Below, piece by piece: positions 14,151-24,680 of a stretch of 64,000 nucleotides of DNA. The stretch spans positions 124,001-188,000 of the forward strand of contig NW_024055900.1 in the NCBI RefSeq assembly GCF_902713615.1, read 5' to 3'. Source of the DNA: Scyliorhinus canicula (taxonomy: Eukaryota). The notes under the pieces are model-generated. The model did no database searches and had not been told where the DNA came from. It was given only the letters and a program-made list of their open reading frames with translations. The position numbers and the translations under genes were made by a program. Each line of letters begins with the position of its first letter. The stretch's first letter is position 1.

Positions 14151-15565
14151 ATGCGGCGCCAGTTCTCTGTGGTAGAATCCTGTACTGGCGTCAACACTTT
14201 GTCTCAGGAACAGGAATCCGCACCCAGATTTGCAAGTAAAACATTAACAAACTGTTCATTTATAACAAGAGTAAACGCTTAACATATATAACACATAACT
14301 GAAACTATGGTGTGCTGGTCTACAGGTTCCCAAAAACCCTGCCCCGTCCTCTATCCAGACACACGCAAACCAGGCACACAGTGAAGAAATAGGAAATGGG
14401 TTATAATAACGGGAATGAAAGAAAATATCTGAAATTAATCTTCGCTGCTGTGGTTAAGCGGTGGTCTTATCAGAAGGCAACCCGCTGGGAATTGTGCCAC
14501 TGCAATTCTGACCTTCGACCACCAGATGGAGCTTTACACAGGTGATTCGGATCGATGCCATTCTGATCTCTGAACAGCAGATGGAGGCTCCGTTTCCCTG
14601 AGATATTACTGGAGCTTCATACCTGAGAATTTCAGTCTCTTAAGTAGGGTGCTCTTTCCAAGAGCCGGTACAGACTCGATGGGCCGATTGGCCTCCTTCT
14701 ACACTGTAAATTCTCTGATGATCTATGATTCAGCGGCCGTTGAAGGGCCAGCACTAGCGGTATTACAAAGATTGGTCTCATTTTGCGATGTAGCACGCCA
14801 TTCAGACACAGGATTGGTGTATTAAGTCCTGGGAAGAAACTGCCTGAATTCCAGAAGATCCCTTCACAGTTCTGACTGCTGTCTGTCGTTTTAATAGGAC
14901 TGCAATCACATGTATGATTAGATGTTTTTAAAATCTTCTGGCAGAGAGAGAGCAGAGAGAGGGTGCCATTCAGCAGCCTCCTGGCGGAATCTCTTCACAG
15001 ATTCTCTCCAAAGATGTGCAGGTTAGGTGGATTGGCCATGATAAATTGCCCTTAGTGTCCAAAATTGCCCTTAGTGTTGAGTGGGGTTACTGGGTTATGG
15101 GGATAGGGTGGAGGTGTTAACCTTGGGTACGGTGCTCTTTCCAGGAGCCGGAACAGACTCGATGGGACGAATGGCCTCCTTCTGTACTGTAAATTCTATG
15201 AAAAAAAGACAAAATGGAGCTAATGAGTAGCACGGTAGCACAGTGGGTAGCACTGTTGCTTCACAGATTCAGAGTCCCAGGTTCGATTCCCAGCTTGGGT
15301 CACTCTGTGTGGAGTCTGCACGTTCTCCGCGTGGGTTTCCTCCGGGTGCTCCAGTTTCCTCCCACAAGTTCCGAAAGACGTGCTGTTAGGTGAATTGGAC
15401 ATTTTGAATTCTCCCTCTGTGTACTCAAACAGGTGCCGGAATGTGGCGACTAGGGGCTTTTCCCAGTAACTTCGTTGCAGTGTTAATGTAAGTCTACTTG
15501 TGACAATAAAGATTATTATTATTAATAATCACAGCACCCACCTTTCTTTTTGTAATAAATTTACT

Positions 15566-15958
15566 AAGAAGTCTTACACCACCAGGTTAATATCTAACAG
15601 GTTTATTTGGAATCACGAGCTTTCTGAGCGTAGCTCCTTCATCAGGTGAGTGAATTTGGAAATATTCCAAATAAACCTGTTGAACTTGAACATGATGTGG
15701 AGATGCCGTTGCTGTTGTACTGGGGTGTGGGCAGTAAGAAGTCTTACAACATCAGGTTAGTGTCCAACAGGTTTGTTTCGAATCACTAGCTTTCAGACTG
15801 CAGCTCCTTCCTCAAGTGAATGCGCTCCTTGGACAATCACTTGAGGAAGGAACTGCGCTCCAAAAGCTATTGATTCGAAACAAACCTGTTGAACACTAAC
15901 CTGGTGTTGTAAGACTTCTTACTGTACACACCCCAGTCCAACTCCGAATTCTCCACAT
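15566..15958. mobile_element. Penelope-like element remnant with inverted repeat arms (15696-15819 / 15837-15958)
   Basis: Three related copies of aagaagtcttacaac..caggtt...caacaggttt..tt.gaatcac.agcttt; two form a ~120-bp hairpin; degenerate CTGATGA..GAAA-type motifs. Confidence 0.55.
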
Positions 15959-16739
15959 TATAAATTCAGAGTATCCAATCATTTTTTCCAAGTAAGAGGC
16001 AATTTAGCGTGGCCAATCCAACACCTTTGGACTGCTTTGTGAGACCCATGCAGTCACAGGGAGAATATGCAAACTCCACACAGACAGGGACCCGGGGCCA
16101 GAATTAAAGCCGGATCCTCGGCGCCGTAGGCAGCAGTGCTAACCACTGCTAACCACTGCACCGCCGTGCCACCCTTGAACCGACCTTTCTTCAAGAAGGT
16201 TATTAATGGCTCCACCAATCGCGACCACCAACAGGAGATGGCTCAGAATTTCAGATTCACCGATTGACACATTCAGCCAAATTCATCAAACTGACATCAT
16301 GGGCTCTACCATAGACCCAAACAGGAAGTCTTGGCTAACTCATTAGATGTGATTCGGTTTGCCTAAAGTCTGAAGTTTAAGCAAAAGTCTCAGTGTGGCA
16401 GCAGCCAGCACAAACTGTTCATTAAAAGCAGGCAAGACAGGAATTAATTATCTTTCCCTTTCCAATGTAGGGGCAATTTAGCGTGGCCAATCCACCTACC
16501 CTGCACATATTTGGTCTATAAGGGTGAGGCCCACACAGACACGGCTAGAATGTGCAAACTCCACAAGGAAAGTGACCAGGACCGGGGTTGGAACCGTGTC
16601 CTCGGCACAGTAGAAAGGTTTTATAATAGTGTCCTAACAATACAAAGACTGCAATGCATGCGGCAGGAAATATGCCCTTTGCAGCTGCAGTATCAGCAAA
16701 TGTAACCATTCCCCTATCACCCACTGTGGGGAAACACTT

Positions 16740-17345
16740 TGCAGATGCAGTACAACGAGGTTAAATGAGAAGTTATACAATTCGAAGTGGCAAACGGAAA
16801 GGAAGAACATTACTTAAATGGTAGTTTATTGAGAAGTGTGGATGTGTAGAGGGACCTTGGTGTTCTTGTGTACATTCAATGCAAGTGGAGAAGCAAGTGC
16901 AGTAAGCAATTTGGAAGGCAAGTGGTATATTGGCTGGCATTGCAATAGCATTCGAGTCCAGAAGTAAATTTCTTACTGCAGTTAGGCATGACTTAGATTA
17001 GACGACACCTGGAGTTTTGCGTGCAGCTTTTGTCCCAGAACAAAGGTATACTTGCCACAGAGGGCGTGCAGCGGAGGTTCACGAGGCTGATACCGGAGTT
17101 GACAGACTGTCTTATGAGCAGAGATTGCTTCGACTAGCCCTGCATTAAATAGAGTTTAGAAGGATGAGTGGACATCTGATTGAAAAGTACACAATTTTAA
17201 CAGCTTTGGACAGGCTAGATGCAGGGGCAATGTTTCCCCTGATCGGTGAGTCTAAACCAGGGGGCACAGTCTTGGCTGTGGGGTGGACCATTTCGTACTC
17301 GAATAGGCTCGATGGGCCAAATGGCCTACCCCTGCTCCGAGTTTC
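16740..17345 (+). mobile_element. Degraded CR1 LINE 3' fragment
   Basis: Similar to the 3' part of the CR1 ORF2 at 20452-21100 (agggacct.ggtgt, cacctggagt..tgcgtgcag, tagagtttagaagg) and ends in ctcgatgggccaaatggcct. Confidence 0.65.
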
Positions 17346-17611
17346 TATGTTTCTCAGGAATTCGAGAAACATATTTGTTTCCATTTAGACGTGTTGGTAA
17401 GTAAAGTAACCTGTTACAAATGAAGCAGAAAAACATTGAAAGGAAAGAGTATCAATTCCTGCTCCACGGAACGGTGTCGGTGGAACCTAGAATGCCCTAT
17501 CAGAAATAATAGGACGAACTGAATCAGAAAAAGTTCATAAAATTGGATTTTTGAATCGAACATTGGGAAGTGCAAATCGGGCGGGACTGGCAGAGAGACA
17601 ATTCAGACTTA

Positions 17612-17955
17612 CATAGAACATAGAACAATACAGCACAGAACAGGCCCTTCGGCCCTCGATGTTGTGCCGAGCAATGATCATCCTACTCAAACCCATGTAT
17701 CTACCCTATACCCGTAACCCAACAACCCCCCCGCCCCCTTAACCTTACTTTTTTAAGTACACTACGGGCAATTTAGCATGGCCAACCCACCTAACCCGCA
17801 CATCTTTGGACAGTGGGAGGAAACTGGAGCACCCGGAGGAAACCCACGCACACACGGGAGGACGTGCAGACTCCGCACAGACAGTGACCCAGCCGGGAAT
17901 CGAACCTGGGACCCTGGAGCTGTGAAGCATTTATGCTGACCACCGTGCTGCCCGT
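17612..17955 (-). mobile_element. V-SINE (HE1-like) with acatagaacatagaac tail
   Basis: Same family as 35039-35375 (+) and 46937-47281 (-). Confidence 0.8.
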
Positions 17956-18771
17956 TGGCCGAATGGCCTCCGTCTGCACTATCAAACCATATTATGCAAT
18001 AACCCTGAATCATGCTTTATAATCCTTTTAGAATGTAGTCTAAAGGTAGATGTACCACTAAGAGTGACACGATTTCGTAGAATACATGCTGATGTAAGAT
18101 CTCCAAGTTTATGCGCTGAAATCTACAGCAGTTTGGGTTCATCTAGCGTTTCTAAACTAATAGAACGGCTCACGACGATGCACAAATGTAATCAGATAAA
18201 ATCCTTTCCTGAAAGTTTGTGCAGTTATATGATGAGGCGAATTTGGAGCGGTGATACCGGAGTAGTGTCATTGGACCAGTGCACTTGAACACTGAGCATG
18301 GAACTCTGGGGACCCAGTTTCAAATCCCATCCTGGAAGCTGGTGGAAATGTAATAATAATAATAAAATCTGCAACTGGAAGCTGGTCATTGTAATGGTAC
18401 TGCGGAAACTGTCAGCAACTATGGCAAAAATGATGTGGCAGAACCAAAAGTGAAATTGATTGGGGAATGAGAGATGCTATCTTCAAGAGAGCACCAAAAG
18501 CTAGATGAAGGGTAGGATACAATATACTAAATTTAAATGACAGTAAAATGGACTCAATGACAGGATTTCCATTTCAGACCCCTGCCTTCTCTTGTGTAAA
18601 AGTGTGGCCGATGATGAAAGCGTGCTCTCTGTGCTCCACTATCTCATAAATGCAGACTAAAATCAGAATTTCTTAGTATTAATTCATATCTATCATAAAC
18701 CGTCGACCTTTTTGCTTATTTCATGATACAAATCAAGATTCTAACTTGCTGACTCGACCATTCTTTCGCAG

Positions 18772-19071
18772 CAACACCGTCTGTGCCCTTGCTCTACGCT
18801 CTGCTCTCCTCCTGTCAGCAACACAACACTGACGGCGCCCTTACCTACGGCTGTTTGGCGATGGACTACTCCCCAGAAATCACCACCCTCACCTGGAAGA
18901 AGGATCAAGAGGCGATTACCACTGGATTGAGGACTTACCCATCAGTGCTGAACAAGAAAAGAACCCACACCCTCAGCAGCCAGTTAACAATCACTGAATC
19001 GGAGGTGGGGAGCAGCAAAATTTACTGTGAGGTTCAACGCGGTGGGACGGTCTGGAAGAAGGAGATGCCAG
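18772..19071 (+). CDS. IGHM: IgM heavy chain constant exon CH1
   Basis: Acceptor ttctttcgcAG|, donor |GTtagt, 300 nt, phase 1. Protein (A)[43 protein letters not shown]...[19 protein letters not shown] matches shark C-mu1 as recalled, with both C1-set Cys and the Trp. Confidence 0.95.
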
Positions 19072-20451
19072 GTTAGTGTTGTGGGATGCACGGGCCGGCA
19101 GTGCCGGGTGTGGGTGAAGAGTGAATGTGGCCAGAAAATAAATTGAGTTCAAACTATGGATCAAATAGGTCAGAAGCAAGTGCAAGTATTGTGAAATGTC
19201 CAAATTCTCACATCATACTTACTGCCTCGTGGATATTTATATTCCATACCGCACACTTAATCTACTGTGCAAGGTTCTAGTCTCCACATCACACTTAATG
19301 TATTGTGCGTACCTCTATTCGTCACATCACACGTGGTTTCATGTGTACATTCCTGATCTACATTTGACACTTTGTGCAATGCATACAGCAGCATTGGCCT
19401 CCATTTCATACTTAGGGCATAAATTAATTTCATACTCGGTCTACCGTGTACAGTTCCGGCCCCCACATCACACTTAATGTTCGGTGCAAATTACTGGTTT
19501 TGCTCCCCACAATGCACTCAGCCATTCGTGTACCTTTCTAGTCCCCACAGGGTGACTTGGTGAGTGGCACAGTGGATAGCACTGCTGCCTCACAACTCCA
19601 GGTTCCCGGGTTAAATTCCGGCGTCGGGTGACTCTCGACTCTCGGGAAACCGGGGTTTCCGCCGGATGCTCCGATTTCCTCCCACAGTCCAAAGATGTGC
19701 AGGTTTGGTGGATTTGCCATGTTAAATTCCCCCTTAGTGACCAAAAGGTTCGGTTGAGTTACGGGCTAGGATGGAGGTGCGGTGCACTTTCAAGGGCTGG
19801 TGCAGACTCGGTAGGCCGAATGGCCTCTTTCAGCACTGTAAATGCTCTGATTCACAATGGAATTTGTGTCTTGTGTACATTTCTGGTGTCCACTTTACAC
19901 TTAGTATTCCATGTACAATTTGTCCATAACACACTTCGTGATTTGCGTACATTTATTGTCCCCACAGCATACTTTGTCTTCTGTGTACATTTCTGGTCTC
20001 CAAATTACACTGATAGTGTACTGCATGCAGTTTTGGTCGCACACTACATTTAGTTTTCGGTAAACATTACTTTGCGCCGTTATCACTCCTACAATAATGC
20101 ATTCAATTTATTCCATGTCAGGAGAATAATACATTGGAATAATACATTGGAATAGGAGCAAACCTACTCATGAGGGCGATAGATTATCTTTGCCAAGACA
20201 GACTGGATAGCATGCCAGCCTTTTCTCTATTAAGCAGAATTAAGATAATCAGACTTATGAAGCAGATGGATAGATCACACTCAAACTACCGTCCATTTGG
20301 ACAACAGAATGACTTAACAGATGCAATCCGCATTTGAAAACCTGATTTACAAAAAGAGTGAGCACCATAAGACCATAAGACATAGGAGTGGAAGTAAGGC
20401 CATTCGGCCCATCGAGTCCACTCCGCCATTCAATCATGGCTGATGGGCATT

Positions 20452-23412
20452 TCAACTCCACCTCCCAGCATTCTCCCCATAGCCCTTAATTCCTCGCGAC
20501 ATCAAGAATTTATCTATCTCTGCCTTGAAGCCATTTAGCGTCCCGGCCTCCACTGCACTCTGCGGCAATGAATTCCACAGGCCCACCACTCTCTGGCTGA
20601 AGAAATGTCTCCGCATTTCTGTTTTGAATTTACCCCCTCTAATTCTAAGGCTGTGCCCACGGGTCCTCGACTCCTCGCCTAACGGAAACAGTTTCTTTGC
20701 GTCCATCCTTTCTAAGCCATGTATTATCTTGTAAGTTTCTATTAGATCTCCCCTTAACCTTCTGAACTCCAATGAATACAATCCCAGGAACGCCAGCCGT
20801 TCCTCATATGCTAGACCCGCCATTCCAGGGATCATCCGTGTGAATCTCCGCTGGACACGCTCCAGTGCCAGTATGTCCTTCCTGAGATGTGGGGCCCAAA
20901 ACTGGACACAGTACTCCAAATGGGGCCTAACCAGAGCCTTATAAAGGCTCAGTAGCACATCGCTGCTTTTATATTCCAACCCTCTTGAGATAAATGACAA
21001 CATAGCATTCGCTTTCTTAATCACGGATTCAACCTGCATGTTTACCTTTAGGGAATCCTCGACTAGCACTCCCAGATCCCTTTGTACTTTGGCATTATGA
21101 ATTTTCTCACCGTTTAGAAAGTAGTCTATGCTTGGATTCTTTTTTCCAAAGTGCAAGACCTCACATTTTCTCACGTTGAAATGCATCAGCCATTTCCTGC
21201 ACCACTCTCCCAAACTGTCTAGATCCTTCTGCAGCCTCCCCACTTCCTCAGCACTACCTGCCTGACCACCTAACTTCGTATCATCAGCAAACTTCGCTAG
21301 AATGCCCCCAGTCCCTTCATCCAGATCATTAATATATATGGTGAACAGCTGCGGCCCCAACACTGAACCCTGTGGGACACCGCTGGTCACCGGCTGCCAT
21401 TCCGAAAAAGAACCTTTTATCCCAACTCTCTGCCTTCTGTCAGACAGCCAATCCTCAACCCATGCCAGTAGCTCACCTCGAACACCATGGGCCCTCACCT
21501 TACTCAGCAGCCTCCTGTGTGGCACCTTATCAAAGGCCTTTTGGAAATCCAGATAGACCACATCCACTGGGTTTCCCTGGTCTAACCTACTTGTCACCTC
21601 CTCAAAGAATTCTAACAGGTTCGTCAGGCACGACCTCCCCTTACTAAATCCATGTTGACTTGTTCTAATCCGACCCTGCTCTTCCAAGAAATTAGAAATC
21701 TCATCCTTAACGATCGATTCTAGAATTTTACCAACAACCGAGGTTAGGCTAATTGGCCTATAATTTTCCATCTTTTGTCTTGATCCTTTCTTGAACAAGG
21801 GGGTTACAACAGCGATCTTCCAATCGTCCGGGACTTTCCCTGACTCCAGTGATTTTTGAAAGATCTCAACCAACGCTTCCGCTATTTCTTCAGCCACCTC
21901 CCTCAGAACTCTAGGATGTAGCCCATCGGGGCCAGGAGATTTGTCAATTTTAAGACCTTTTAGCTTTTTTAGCACCATCTCTTTTGTAATGGCAACCATA
22001 CTCAACTCAGCCCCCTGACCCTTTATAATTTTTGGGATATTACTAACGTCTTCCACTGTGAAGACAGACGCAAAGTACTTATTAAGTTCTCCAGCCATTT
22101 CCTCATCTCCCATCACTAGCCTTCCAGAATCAGTTTGAATTGGCCCAATGTCTACTTTGGCCTGACGTTTGTTTCTTATGTATTGAAAGAAACTTTTACT
22201 ATCATTTCTTATATTACTGGCTAGCCTGCCTTCATATTTGATCCTCTCCTTCCTTATTTGTCTCTTTGTTAACCTCTGTTTGTTTTTGTAGCCTTCCCAA
22301 TCTTCTGATTTCCCGGTGCTTTTGGCCACTTTATAGGATCTCTCTTTTTCTTTGATACATTTCCTGACCTCCTTTGTCAGCCATGGCTGTCTAATCCCTC
22401 CCTGGATAATCTTTCTTTTCTTGGGGATGAACCTCTGTACAGTGTCCTCAATTATGCATACAAACTCCTGCCATTTTTGCTCTACTGTCTTCCCTGCTAG
22501 GGTCTGCTTCCAGTTGATTTTCACCAGTTCCTCTCTCATGCCCTCGTAATTACCTTTATTTAACTGTAACACCATTACATCCGATTTTGCCTTCTCTCTT
22601 TCAAACTGCAGACTGAACTCAACCATATTATGATCGCTGCTTCCTAAGTGTTCCCTTACTTTAAGATCTTTAATAAAGTCTGGTTCATTACATAGCACTA
22701 GGTCCAGAATAGCCTGCTCCCTTGTGGGCTCCATGACAAGCTGTTCCAAAAAGCCATCTTGTAAGCATTCCATGAATTCCTTTTCTTTGGATCCACTGGC
22801 TACATTATTTACCCAATCCACCTGCATATTGAAGTCCCCCATGATCACTGTGACCTTGCCTTTCTGACATGCCTTTTCTATTTCCCGGTACATGTTGCGC
22901 CCCTGGTCCTGACCACTGTTAGGCGGTCTGTACATAACTCCCATTATGGTTTTTTTGCCTTTGTGGTTCCTCAATTCTACCCACACAGACTCCACATCAT
23001 CCGACCCTATGTCGTTTAGTGCCATAGATTTAATTTTGTTCTTAACTAACAAGGCAACCCCACCCCCTCGGCCCACCTCCCTGTCTTTTCGATAGGTTGT
23101 ATATCCTTGGATGTTTAACTGCCAGTCCTGAACCCCCTGCAGCCATGTCTCTGTGATGCCTACCACATCATAATCATTCACGATGATCTGTGCCATTAGT
23201 TCATCTACTTTGTTACAAATGCTACGAGCATTCAGGTAAAGTGCCTTAATGTTAACTTTCTTATCAGTACAGATATTGGAAGTCCTAAGATGTCCAAAGT
23301 TATCCTTCCTTTTTGTTGCATTCCTAGTCTGCCTCAAGCTTAAATCCACCTGCCTACATGTTATCCTCCTGCGTATCTTGCCATTTAACTCCCTGCTCCC
23401 TGTCGCTTTCAC
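20452..23412 (-). CDS. CR1 ORF2: apurinic endonuclease + reverse transcriptase (986 aa, uninterrupted)
   Basis: YLNARS, GITETWL, MGDFN, SDH (APE); YRPISL, DFQKAFD, GVPQGSVLGP, FADD (RT). Confidence 0.95.
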   Translation of the reverse strand: MKATGSRELNGKIRRRITCRQVDLSLRQTRNATKRKDNFGHLRTSNICTDKKVNIKALYLNARSICNKVDELMAQIIVNDYDVVGITETWLQGVQDWQLNIQGYTTYRKDREVGRGGGVALLVKNKIKSMALNDIGSDDVESVWVELRNHKGKKTIMGVMYRPPNSGQDQGRNMYREIEKACQKGKVTVIMGDFNMQVDWVNNVASGSKEKEFMECLQDGFLEQLVMEPTREQAILDLVLCNEPDFIKDLKVREHLGSSDHNMVEFSLQFEREKAKSDVMVLQLNKGNYEGMREELVKINWKQTLAGKTVEQKWQEFVCIIEDTVQRFIPKKRKIIQGGIRQPWLTKEVRKCIKEKERSYKVAKSTGKSEDWEGYKNKQRLTKRQIRKERIKYEGRLASNIRNDSKSFFQYIRNKRQAKVDIGPIQTDSGRLVMGDEEMAGELNKYFASVFTVEDVSNIPKIIKGQGAELSMVAITKEMVLKKLKGLKIDKSPGPDGLHPRVLREVAEEIAEALVEIFQKSLESGKVPDDWKIAVVTPLFKKGSRQKMENYRPISLTSVVGKILESIVKDEISNFLEEQGRIRTSQHGFSKGRSCLTNLLEFFEEVTSRLDQGNPVDVVYLDFQKAFDKVPHRRLLSKVRAHGVRGELLAWVEDWLSDRRQRVGIKGSFSEWQPVTSGVPQGSVLGPQLFTIYINDLDEGTGGILAKFADDTKLGGQAGSAEEVGRLQKDLDSLGEWCRKWLMHFNVRKCEVLHFGKKNPSIDYFLNGEKIHNAKVQRDLGVLVEDSLKVNMQVESVIKKANAMLSFISRGLEYKSSDVLLSLYKALVRPHLEYCVQFWAPHLRKDILALERVQRRFTRMIPGMAGLAYEERLAFLGLYSLEFRRLRGDLIETYKIIHGLERMDAKKLFPLGEESRTRGHSLRIRGGKFKTEMRRHFFSQRVVGLWNSLPQSAVEAGTLNGFKAEIDKFLMSRGIKGYGENAGRWS

Positions 23413-23429
23413 TTTCCCTTCCCCCCAAC

Positions 23430-24387
23430 TCAGAAGTTTAAAGTCCTACTGACCACCCTATTTATCCTCTTCGCTAGAACACTGGTTCCAGATCGGTTCA
23501 GGTGGAGACCGTCCCAACGGTACAGATCCCCCCGGTTCCAAAACTGATGCCAATGTCCCATGAAGTGGAATCCCTCTTTCCCACACCAATCCCTTAGCCA
23601 CGTGTTTACTTCCCTAATTTTCCTATCCCTATGCCAATTGGCACGTGGCTCGGGCAGTAATCCAGAGATTATGACCCTTGAGGACCTGTACTTCAATTTT
23701 CTTCCTAGTGCTTGATAGTCCCCGAACAGGTCCTCCACCCTAGCTTTACCTATGTTGTTAGTCCCAACGTGGACCACAACAACTGGATCCTCCCCCTCCC
23801 GCTCCAGTATCCTTTCAAGCCGGTCAGAGATGTCCCGCACCCTGGCACCGGGCAGGCAACACACCATGCGAGACTCCCGATCCGGCTTGCATAGGATACT
23901 ATCTGTCCCCCTAATTATAGAATCCCCTATAACAACTACTTGTCTTTTTACTCCCCCCTCTTGAATGGCCTTCTGCACCATGGTACCGTGGTCAGTTGGC
24001 TCAACCTGTCCAGAGCCCATTTCCTCATCCATACAGGGAGCAAGAGTCTCATACCTGTTGGACAAGGTCAAGGGCTGAGGCTCCTGCACTCCTGAACTCA
24101 GGTTCCCTCTGCCTGCCTCACTTAGTCACACTCTGATGTCCCTGATCAGTTACTGAATGTGAATTACTTAATCTCCCAGGTGTGACTGCCTCCTGAAACA
24201 AAGTGTCCAGGTAACTCTCCCCCTCCCGGATGTGCCGCAGTGTTTGAAGCTCAGACTCCAGATCATCAATTCTGAGCCGGAGATCTTCCAGCAACCAACA
24301 CTTGCTGCAGATGTGGTCATTGCCATTCACAAGGGGAACAGCCAGCTCCCACATCATACAGCTACAGCACATCACCTGCCCAGCCAT
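23430..24387 (-). CDS. CR1 ORF1 (Cys-rich finger, coiled coil and SGNH esterase), split by one frameshift near 24120
   Basis: 24118-24387 has CCSC..HICSKC plus a heptad-like segment. 23430-24089 has GDSI, HVGTNN and DGLH (SGNH esterase). The third frame SEAGRGNLSSGVQEPQ bridges the two. Confidence 0.85.
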
Positions 24388-24680
24388 CTCTGATTAGTTA
24401 ATTAATTTATTAATTTTGTATAAATTTCAGTTAAAAAAACTTGGAGACCTCTGCTATAGTCTTTTCCAACCTAGTTCTGGTTAACAAATAAGAAAAAGAG
24501 AAATAATAATGTAATAAGGCACTCACCTGCTCACCCCAATGGGTCTTATTATTAGGTTAGAGGAGGAGGGCGGGTGGGAGACACTACACGTGTAGTGTCT
24601 CGGGTTTCCTCTCCACCAGAATTTATTAACTAGGGAGGGGTAAACCTTCCCAGATGTCCACGGGACAAACTTCCTGTTCC

